DNA of 64,000 bases, from assembly GCA_051362555.1 (NCBI GenBank), contig CM120648.1:845721-909720 (forward strand). Reading direction: 5' to 3'. Below, in pieces: positions 39,001 through 51,992 of this stretch. The translations under genes were made by a program, and so were the position numbers. This DNA comes from Lingula anatina. Its lineage: Eukaryota; Animalia; Brachiopoda. The notes below the pieces were generated by a model. The model saw only the letters and a program-made list of their open reading frames with translations. It was not told where the DNA came from and did not search any database. The first letter of the stretch is position 1. The number at the start of each line of letters is the position of its first letter.

Positions 39001-39990
39001 CATCAGTTCTGTAAGTTTGAAGGCAAGAGGTCAAATGACCTTCCACTAATTGCGCTATCTCTGAAAGTGCATGGAAACTGCATTGCCGACAGAAACACGG
39101 GTGATGGCTTTATGTTATAATAAAGTAATAACATCTCTCCATATGAGGTAGTAAATACATTGTTAACTACTCATAAAATAATGATAAATTCTATTTTTTC
39201 CACAAAAACAGCAGTTATCACAATTATTTTGGAATATGTGCTTGCTGTCGGACCACGTGACCTCCATAGATGGCTACCTTCTGTTAAAAACCTTTTAAGA
39301 GATTATTAAAAAAAAAACTTTTCAGAAAATAAAACAAGGACTAACTTTGGATGTCTCCCATTTTTTTATTGGCAGTGTGAGAAGACAGAAAATTCCAATT
39401 ACATTTGAAAAAAAAAAATATAAATTAATGTAAATTTTTTTTAAAAAATCATATTTTGTTAATGCTTCTTTTAAATGTTCATTCAATAGTCTTAAAAAGT
39501 AAGCTTGCTCCCTACTATTAGATTTTTATAACTAACTAGAAAATAAATCATAACCCTATTTTGAGCTTGAAGTTGGTTTTTGAGTCACCCATAATGGAGA
39601 TTGAAACTGATGAAGTGCTGATTAGGGGATAACTACCTTAACTGCAATGAGAAATGAGAAATTGTTATTGTTTTGTGCCAAAGTAAACATTGTATGTTGC
39701 GATTATATATACCTTGAAGTCATTACAGTGTAAATGTCATGACAAAATGTGGTCTGACTGAGCTGGCTTACAGAGCAATCTTACATGTTTGTCAAAGCAA
39801 AAGTCACATGTACTGACCACACTTTCATAACGACCACACATTTCTGCAGTTCCTGATCTCATGTCTGACTGCTGCATTAAGTGCATCTATAATGAGACTA
39901 GCGTTAACACTAAACCAAACAACTCAGCTATGCAAGTAACACTTACAGAAATCATGAAATTTTTCTTCTAATTTCAGACATTTTTAATCC

Positions 39991-40022
<32 letters not shown>

Positions 40023-43000
40023 GTTTTGTTAATCATTTTTATTCTGCAAAAAGAGAATCCCACAAGAGCACAGACTTCTAGACTTCTAGACTCTCAAAGC
40101 TCTAACATAAAATTTTATGAATATAATTTCAATTAACACTTTTAGAAAAAAATTAATTATTTATTACATGATACTTCTCTGTCAATCAATCACAACTGAA
40201 TTTATTTGCTTTACATGTGATCTTGCTTTGCTAGTTCTCTTGCTGGCTATATATCTAAGTTCCCACGCTATTTTTTTTTAATATTTTGAGGAATAGTAAA
40301 AATCAAAATCAAAATCTTTCACTTGCAAATTTAAAGAATACAAGCTTCCTGAAACAGGCCCCAGATTTCACCTGAAATAACTGAATCTTTACAATCACAA
40401 AGTAATGAAAGCTGACAATATATGTACAGTAAAGATAAAGGTTCATAACCTCTGCACACACACACACACATAGGGTGCATTCCCAGAGATTAAGATCAAT
40501 CCAGAGATTTAGATTTAGATCGACCTAACTCCCTGGGGGTTCACGTTAAATTGCACGCACCATAGTTAATTACCCCCTTACAGCTTTTAGTAGGCGGGAC
40601 AGACGCTTAAACTGGCTAAGCTAACAGTAATCTGTTGAGATGGATAGATCGATCTAAAATCTACGGGAATGGGGTCATAGAGAAAGCCTACCAATGAAGT
40701 TACGTAACTGTCTGCATATTCAGAACCATGTGCCATGCAAGAACTCAATGGCCGCATTCACAACAGTGGACTAGCTAGTCCAAAGGTCAAATATGGCAAC
40801 CCACTAAAAACCTTGCCATCTAATCCCCTATTAGAGACTGAATAGATTCCCTGTGGGGAAGTATTCAATTGGGTTGGCCATATTTGACCCACAGACTAGT
40901 TAGTCCTCTGTTCTGAATGCAGCCAATGACTGACTGTATTCTCAGAAATCAATGCTCCACTGGTTCTCAGAAATCACGTTCCCAAACACATGCACTTGCC
41001 ATCATGTCAAATTTTCAATAACGCAAATACAGGAAAAAAAAACTCTCAGGCAAAAATCAAATTAAAGTCTATTTGACACGAACATAAAGAGGATTCCTGA
41101 AATGTCATGAATCATTTACAAAGAGTTATTACCAACAGGAAAATATAGGCATTCAAAAATTGCTGGTTGCATTTTAAAGGAAATATCCTGAAAAACTGCA
41201 AGTACTTAAATTTCCTTCTGCTCAACCACCTTTCAACAAGCCCACAATTGTGGCTTGTGGCAAAAAATTGGAATGAAAAATTAAAAAAAACTCATTCCCA
41301 CATTGTAAGGCATGTGACATACAAGTCTACCTGTTCCTAAAAAAGTCTCAGACCAATGGTACAATGTCAACATTCTGCATTTGTCACAGAAGTCTAACTG
41401 TTCAAAACAAAAATTTCAGACTAATGGTGCAAGGAAACTTTCTACAGGCTATCTGATTATAGCATTCGAAGATTTTATTCTTCTTGTGAAATGGATCCAG
41501 GGGTTTGGGGAAAAGCAAAAAAAAAAATGAAATTGTAAAAAAAACTTGCAAAAAATAATAAAAAATACATAAAAATTCAATTACTTCCACAAAAAAATTC
41601 AACCATGTAGATATTCAGTAGAATCCCATATTTTTAACATATGAAACCACTCAGAAAATGGGCTGTTAAATAAAATGCAGGTAGGCGGTTGCAGGGTGTA
41701 CAACAGATGTGCAACAAAATAATATGATTGCCCAGACACAGTGCCCAGAATAACTGCAGACACATACAGGTTTGGAGAGCAATCACAGCCTACTTTAATG
41801 GGAAAGGGGCTTTGTACAGTTGTTGACAGAAATGCAGCACTGTACAAGTCACCAGCGTTTCTTTTTGCACATTATTATTTTTGTTATTTGTATTATTATT
41901 AGAATGTTGAAGGTTAGAGAACTGCTCATTATCACATTAAACTGCAAGGGGTCAGTACTGCAAGAGCTCAGTAAAGCATTATAAATTATATTAATAATAA
42001 TAATAATACTTGTTATTTATTACATACAATTAAAAATATTAAAAAATAAAAAAAAAAATAAAAACCTTTTGTCAGTTTGTCAAATATATATGTGGAATTG
42101 TCCAACTTAATCCAAGACACTTGGCAAATTAAAATTTAATATTTCACTTACAGAAACTATGCCAGGTGCTGCAGGATCATACAACTGGTAAACCAATTTT
42201 CCCGTAGAGGCCTCGAAGAAATCGATGGACCTTGGTTCCCTGGTGGTAAATCCTGGGAAATAAGGGTCTGGGTATCTTCCAACTACTATCAAATCTTGCA
42301 GTGGGTGCCAATGTGCCTAAGAGATTGAAAAAATAGTGAAGTAATAATAATAATAATAATTTTTATGTTTATTATAATTAAAAAAGGACTAATTGCAACT
42401 AAAAGTTGGACCTAAATACATGGGGAAAATGCATCTTCTTAAAATGTTTCAGACAAAAGTTCATTACAAAGACTATGCCACACTATGTAAATACCAAACA
42501 TTTATGGATATATTTTATAACAATTCTACACAAAATCTTTTCAGTCAAATAAAAGTGATCAGAAAAGGGCAAATTGTGTTAGCTGCATGGCTTAAATTGT
42601 TTCCTGCTGTGAAAATACCTTGATAGGAGTTAAGTGTTGGAACTGACGGTGTGGGTGCACTATGGTGGTCTCCAACTCCCACAATGGCGCAGAGAAAACC
42701 TTGATGGCGCTGTGCTGATCTGTCGTAAGCAAGCGGCAACTGTCAGTTAAACTGAAGTAGGCTAAGAGATGAAAAATTTTCTCATCAAAAGAGTATGGAT
42801 AATTAGTAGTAAATTGTTTATGAAAAATAGCACCAATCTAAAAACTATTATTATCTTTTGGAGAACTGACAAATTTTTTTTTAATTTTCTTTTTTTTTCA
42901 TGTGTGAGAAATAATAATAATAATTTTACATTATAATGTTTTACTGAGCTTGTGCAGTACCATGCTATAATGAGCAGTTCTTAACACTTCAAAAGTCTAT

Positions 43001-44688
43001 ATTTATAATACAAATAACAATGATTATAATAATATACAAAAAGAAAAGCTGATTACTTGTACAGTGCTGCATTTCTGTCAACAACTGTACAAAGCCCCTT
43101 TCACATTAAAGCAGGCCGTGAAAACTTTTCTTACCCGAATTCACCCCCTTCTCATGGTTTAGTGTCTGCAAAGTGCTCTTTCTGTCTTTGAGCATCCTCA
43201 GGTCCCAGAACTGTACTGTGTGGTCTATGGAGGCAGTGCACAGCAGCCAGTCTTCTCGCGGGCTGAACTCACAGTGCGTGATCTTACCTTTGTGAAGACG
43301 AGCTTCAAACACCTGGGCAATAAAGAAAATAGATATGTGTATTTTAGAAAAATGAAAGATGGGTATATTAATATAAGCTTAAAATTCAGGAGCACCTCCA
43401 CACAGAGGCTGGGTTCAACTTGGGGGAGGGTTGGGGGGTAAGGATACACCTGAGCAAATGACCTATAGAGATCTGACCAATGATACTGTAAAACTGAAAA
43501 AGAGAGTGAATATACCACATATTTATAAAATATATAAGGTTTTATTTCAAACTGACCTTTTTTCCTTCCAGTGAAGTCAAGGCCAGTTTTCCACTATTCT
43601 CTCCTGCTACTAACAAATTTCTTCTCTTGTTCACGTCTAAGCTACAGTACCAGAAGCTGCAAAAGCACATTACACTATTTGCTCAAATAGTTCAAATAAA
43701 AGTGATATATTATGCTTTCTAAAACAATGTTTTGTTGAAAATACTTGGAAACAATAGTCACAGCTTTTGACATACAAGTAAAAATTTGTGTCTAAGGACA
43801 TCACTTACTCATGACAGTTCATGGTGTCCAGTATAATCTGTCTGTGCTTTCCCTCAAAGTCCTGCAAGGTGACAGTACCGTCAATGGAGGCTGTCACCAC
43901 ACGTCTATCGTCATGCGGCCAGAACTTCATTGCCTGGATGGAGCCTCCAGGACCCATCTGAGAGAGAAAAAAATTCACCAAATTAACCTGTGTATATATA
44001 TATATATATTGAAAATATGCAAGATCAAATTGTTCCTTACATTTTTTACAGTATTTTTCAATAATTTTGTTCAAAGCAGCCAAAGGCTGGTCGGTCAGAT
44101 GTTCAAAGTGGTTTTTTGCCAATATTTGTGTTTAAAAACTGAGGTTGTCTGTAACTATTTTCGTCAATTTTTGTTTTCCCTGATAGGTTGTCCGTAAGCA
44201 TATAAATTAAGAAAGATTGAACTTTATTCACTTAAGAAATGTGACCCACTTTCATCAGCCATATACACTTACTCCTGGAATGAAATAATCATTGCTGACA
44301 TTATTAATATCCCACAGTATAATCTCCCCTCCTTTGTCTCCAACAGCTACGATGTGCGGCCATGATGGATGCCATTCAATGGCGGTCACACGTCGTTCAA
44401 ATGGACTTCCTGTACGGTAAAGTTCCAGATCAGTCACTCTGTCAATGATCTGCTGGTGTACACTCTGAAAATTTTTAATTATCTCTTTACTTTATGTATA
44501 AGTTTTCTGTGGATTTTTCTATACCAAAAACTTCTCCTTTCACTTGTCAAACATGACAAATAAAATACATTTCCTAAATATATATTTTGGCTACAGAAGT
44601 CAAAATGGTTTTAGTCATTTTTTTAACCAATTAATTATTATCATTTTTGGGAAATCATTTTTGGCATGATTAGATCAATTACTATAAC

Positions 44689-44740
<52 letters not shown>

Positions 44741-45406
44741 TCTATGTCCAAGTGACAAAACGCAAAGAATGCATGCATTTATAATCTTATTCCTGGATTT
44801 ATTATGTACCTTTTTCACTGATGAATTATTTCCCAAGGACCTTTGTAGAATGTGGTTGATAAAGTTATTTGTATTTGTAAAATGAGGGACTGATGGCTGA
44901 AAAAGTGGAAATTTAGTCCTCTCATTGAAGTTTGGGAAAAATGGCATCAACGTGGATGAAATATGATCTGATTCTAGTTTATTTTGCAATTGATCAGATT
45001 GATCAAGCAGATGTTTTTCTTGATTGTTTTGAATCTGATCCTCATCTGAAGATTTCATACATCTTTTTCTGTCTATCTCTGCAGCAGTCTCTGTTTGATT
45101 TGTAACTTTCAACTTCTCATCTTTCACTGTTGAGGAGTTTTTGCTCTTTCTCTCTTTTTTCTTGGAAGTATTTTCTTCAACTTTTCTAACTTTTTTAGTC
45201 TTCAAATTGTGCACAGTTTCTCCAATATCTGTTTCACTGATTGCTTGCAATTTGGTTGTTGAGATGTTTTCATTATAGTCAATGTCCTTCCTTTGGCGCA
45301 GCGTCCTGATTTGGCTGCCGGACTGATGATCAGTTGAGGGTGGACAGGGGTCAGGTCCATCTTGCTTTCTTTTCCTTTTTCCTTTTGAGGTGGACTTAGA
45401 AGACAT
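30027..45406 (-). CDS. DDB2: DNA damage-binding protein 2 (WD40 UV-lesion sensor, CRL4 substrate receptor)
   Basis: Coding exons 45406-44810, 44464-44273, 43957-43809, 43656-43557, 43312-43135, 42761-42619, 42316-42152, 31088-31043, 30250-30027; phases consistent. Diagnostic motifs [81 protein letters not shown]. Probable non-coding first exon ends at donor 45684-45689. Confidence 0.95.
30715..31050. repeat. 23-bp minisatellite made of the DDB2 exon-8 splice donor
   Basis: Minus-strand unit AGGAATGG|GTGAGTATATGTNNT. ACTCAC occurs every 23 bp from 30738 to 31037 (14 positions, one mutated at 30945). Confidence 0.92.
31967..32240. mobile_element. MITE family C copy
   Basis: Shares CAGTGCCATTTGGTATG..CTATGATTCA..TCAAAATTCTA..TTTCAAGAG with 34804-35089. 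Confidence 0.75.
32790..33030. repeat. GC-rich element with internal GGAGTAACGGTG repeats and inverted ends (MITE-like)
   Basis: CCCCGCACTGATACTCC at left versus GGTGCGGGGGAGTATCA at right; three GGAGTAACGGTG copies. Confidence 0.55.
33920..36817 (+). CDS. F-box protein with degenerate LRR-like C-terminus, nested antisense in a DDB2 intron
   Basis: Exons 33920-34273, 34580-34691, 35733-36817; GT-AG, phases 0 and 1 join in frame. F-box-like motif [35 protein letters not shown] near the N-terminus. Confidence 0.85.
34804..35089. mobile_element. MITE family C copy (F-box gene intron 2)
   Basis: Homologous to 31967-32240 and 23674-23900. Confidence 0.75.
37662..37885. mobile_element. MITE family A copy
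   Basis: Near-identical to 23933-24152. Confidence 0.85.
37959..38177. mobile_element. MITE family A copy (same orientation, ~75 bp after the previous copy)
   Basis: Near-identical to 37662-37885; TAA at both flanks. Confidence 0.85.
38702..38781. repeat. Three exact 26-bp tandem repeats (ATGAACCAGGGCATGCTGGGTATTAT)
   Basis: Units start at 38703, 38729 and 38755. Confidence 0.95.
40471..40679. mobile_element. MITE family A copy, swapped-terminus subtype with internal deletions
   Basis: Starts TAGGGTGCATTCCC and ends GGGAATGGGGTCATA; core in the same orientation as other copies. Confidence 0.8.
40750..40924. mobile_element. MITE family B copy with 3-bp AAT target-site duplication
   Basis: aat-GGCCGCATTCA..TGAATGCAGCC-aat, with long internal palindromy. 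Confidence 0.8.
41793..43111. repeat. Intronic inverted repeat pair (~41793-42085 and ~42855-43111) flanking DDB2 coding exons 6 and 7
   Basis: 41793-41849 is the reverse complement of 43055-43111 with 1 mismatch in 57 nt; weaker complementarity continues inward for about 200-250 nt. Confidence 0.9.
44689..44740. repeat. (TTA)n microsatellite, intronic
   Basis: Read directly; accounts for the poly-Asn tail of the raw ORF. Confidence 0.95.
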
Positions 45407-45689
45407 GACTATCAAAGTAAAATAAGGGTATTAAAAAGAATGCAATGCATCAGATAAAAGATGTACAATAGAGGGAGAAACAAAGGAAAAGGTGATTACA
45501 CAAAAAGCCAATGTATCATTGTATGTTTGGGTTTAATTTCAAGTACAGCGTACAGTACAACAAACCCATCATGATCATCTATAATGACCTTGTAATAGTA
45601 TAGTCTGCTTTAGTTCTGTATTTATGCAGATGTTCAGTATTAACTGAAACCAAAAATTTATCTTCCATAAAGTGTCAATGCTCACTTAC

Positions 45690-46104
45690 CTCAAAATGCT
45701 AACAATTAACTTGATTGCTTTTTTTGTGATGTAAACAAATCCACGTGTGTCTTTAGGTCACTTATGTAAACTTTCGCGGCACCCCATTGCATGTCGGGAA
45801 ACCAATTTCCGCTTCCGTGCCGACAAACAGACAACGCTCATTTTAAAGGTTTTGTTGTATAGTAATTCTGATAGGTATTGGATCATCCCATAACTCTATT
45901 TACACCGAAAATTGACATATTAGTATTTTTAATTTTATTTTATATTTAAATATACCACTAAAAACATACGCGTCATAAAAAGTGGTCCTTAAAAAGACCG
46001 AAACTGTGGGCTCTACCTCTTCCAACCTCGGCTGCAAGGTCACAGACATAAAAGGGCATAAGTGACTTCCAATTTTTTATCACTGCTCGACAATAACGAC
46101 AAAA
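45690..46104. promoter_or_regulatory. Probable bidirectional promoter / 5'UTR region shared by DDB2 and TPI
   Basis: About 415 bp separate the DDB2 5'UTR donor from the TPI ATG. Contains CACGTG (45742-45747), TTATGTAA (45762-45769), E2F-like TTTCGCGGC (45772-45780) and ETS-like CTTCCG. Confidence 0.65.
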
Positions 46105-48637
<2,533 letters not shown>

Positions 48638-51600
48638 ATGGACAAGACAATTCACAATGTTGCGAATTAAAATTAACAATTTTTACTGACATCTCCTCTT
48701 TAAATGGGATTCTTTTTACATGCTTATTATTGAATGCTGTGCACTTTTCTCAAAATTATTTGATATTGACCCCCAATTTTACTCTCAATATTATTAACTT
48801 TTTGTGACAGTTTATTGTCAATTGCCAGTGCATTGTACAGGTTTTATGTTCCTGTGAAAAAAATGTTCTTGTGAAAAATGATCATTTATATCATAACAAT
48901 ATTCTTGTAAAGAATGGTCAGTTATATAATAATAAAATGCATAATATTACAATTCACCATATATGTGGCTCTCAGTTAAAAAGAATCGTAGGTTTTCTAA
49001 CAGATTGTAAAATAAATCAGTCTTCAACAGAACTTTTTGAAAAAGGTAAACTTTTCATGAGGTGGTACTCTCAACCATAAAGTTTTCTTTGAAATATGCC
49101 TCAGATATTTTTAGGGCAAGAATAATCAATATTTTTCCACAAACTAGAAATCCCCAGTATTTGCTTCTTCAGTAAACAAAGTTGAAAGTGATAATGCTTA
49201 GTTTAGTGATACATAATATGATCCTAGATCATTTGGTGCTAGAACAATTGTGACATATAGAATATATGGTTTGTGCGTATTCTAAATTCTTAGTCATAGA
49301 CTATAATTATTAATTTCACCAGCTATACTGATAAACCTGATTTATTTTTCAAGGAATGCTCTGCTGTTATTTATTTCAGAATCTGTGCATGTAAAACATG
49401 TTTTATACATATACCTCTTTTACCTTTCACCAAATTCTAAAATATTTGTGCCAGAACCTATTGAAAATGAGATGATTTGTTTTTTTCATTTGGGCTTAAC
49501 CCAAATATCTCCAATCAAGCCAGTATAGAATACTATCATTATGATAATTTTTCATTGATATGATATTACATGATTTAAACTTTACAACTTTGGGAAGGGG
49601 CATAAATGTTAGAAAAAAAGGGGGTATGGACAGTTACCAATTTCACATGAAAAATTTGTTTTAGAAGGAAAATGCACAACAAGTCAGTCAGTAGGGAATG
49701 GTTTGGGGGTTGTTCATATTTTTGTGTCTTTTCATCGTCCTGTTGAGTCCTAATGAGGCCAGCTTGCACTGCCAGAGAAGTTGAGGCTGGAAATGTAGTA
49801 GTAAGGTAGACTGTTAACTGAAGTGGTAATTGTGGAAAAGTACATGTGTGGTTTCCTTTTTTTGTACATGTAACTAGTGTTGAAGCATCTACTTGCAGTC
49901 TGCTGAAGTATTGAGGTCAGAGGTCAAAGGTTAAATGTGAATGACCTTGAAGCTGAAATTTCAGAAATTGACCATATAGAAAATCTGTTAAAATCCTGTA
50001 CTATGGCTCCCCCATTTCTTCCTGTTAGAAAACAGAAAAAAAGAATTTGTTGAATAAACCAGTTATCATCAAGACTTAAGTTTTTATTTGTTCCTTCCGT
50101 TTAGATATTTCTCTGCATTTGCTGAAAATAAGCGCAAAAATTTCACAATGTATTAAAATTTTATTTCTGATATAATACTTATTATATAAATTTGAAAAAA
50201 AAAACGCTTAATATTTATATATTTTAAATCATCCCTTTAAAAGAGCTGACAGTGTAACAACAAGTATACATCTATCAGAAACATTATAATTATTATAAGA
50301 ATTTTTCATATATATGCACACATTACATTGCAGCTGACATAATCGAATTTGCTTACAATTATTGCACCCAATCATTAATTAAATAAGTGTAAATTATTAA
50401 AGCTAAAACATACAACTGTTTTATCACCATTTTACTGTTGCCTGGGGATTCTGACACTAACATAAGACCAGTCCGATACCCCCATCACCACTGCATATGT
50501 ATATTTTTCACACAAGCATTACTAAAGTACCTTTTTTATTGCAAAATGTTATGAGACTGCATTATGGAAATCCCACCACCTCCCACAAAGCCTGTTAGTT
50601 ACACCATATTCAGAACAACAGACAATATAACACTATATAAACCCACTTATAAAATACAAGTTTCTAATTTGAATCACTCTAAATTAATGGAGAAGCAAAT
50701 AACACTGGCCACTGAATTTTAAAATTATGAACTGAAAAACCAGTTTTAAGATCGAAATTGTCTCAATAAATTTTGATAGGATATAACTTTAAAGTTGCTG
50801 ATTAAGAGGAAATTGCTGAATCTACCATGAAAAGTATTTATTTCCACCTTCTATTGTGTATTATGTGCCTTTTGTCTCATTATTCTTGAAAGGGAAGACA
50901 ATTACTTCACAATTGGTTGGGCAATATGTTGTCTTAATGTACTTGTATAATATAAAAATATAATGAAATTGAAAAAATGTCCCTGTCTGATCATCCTGAG
51001 GCAGACAAATAATATGTGCCACCTTTAACCATTAAAAACTTCATTGCATTATCTGGAACTTTCATGTATTATTATTTTAATTATTATTATTATTATAAGT
51101 GCTATCACCATATTACATATGGCAGTATTATTATTATTATCAAAGGCATAACAGTCACGCACTTTATTCAGACAAAAATTCACAAGGGGGGGAGAGGCTT
51201 TATCTGAAAAAAAAAAACAGACCCTTTTATTTGACCCAACTTATATAAAAATGGCACAGAACCTAGATCCAATATTGTCTTGGAGTGAAGTTTCTCCGGT
51301 CAAAAGTTTGGCTTGTTCACCCCCCCCCCCTCACCCCACCCCCAAAACTACAGGCCCAACACCTGTGTCTGTAAACTATAAACTAGCTATCCTATTCTTG
51401 TCAAAAATTCAATCAATGCATTACACTTTAATAAAAGCTGTGATATGCTTAAAGCTGTTTCCTTTTTAATATCTTAGCCTTCTACTAGCACTGTATACTA
51501 TGGCTAATGTAGAAGGCTTTAACACACAAAACACTTCATACCATTCCCACTCCCCTTACCTGGCTTCCCTTGTTTTTTTTTCTCTTTCTTTTCTTTTTGG

Positions 51601-51992
51601 TGCTTATACTGTAGAAGCAAAGTATTTTGCTTTCTCTACCCCTGTGTATATCCAATGCCATATCCAAGCAGGGACATAGTGGATCACATGCCTTTCTCCA
51701 TTAGATTCAGGAGTATCCCCTCCTCCCCTCCTCCCCTCCTCCCCCCAAAAAAAGGCAATTCAACATGCTAAGCAAGACAAAGCATTTTTTAATCCATGTG
51801 CCTTGCATATTACAGACAATGGTATGCTTACCTATCCCCCCCCCCCCCCCCCGTCTGAACCCCCATTGCCCCCCCCCCCCCGAATTCATATGCCACTTAT
51901 TATAACTGGCAAGTTTATGTGTTTGACACCAAGTACTTCTCTGAAAATTAATCACATCTCACAGACTGCTAACATTGATCTAGGTCATCAAA

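Noticed and set aside
44675-44809. Poly-Asn C-terminus of the 246-aa ORF
   Set aside because: Read-through past the DDB2 donor at 44809 into an intronic (TTA)n microsatellite.
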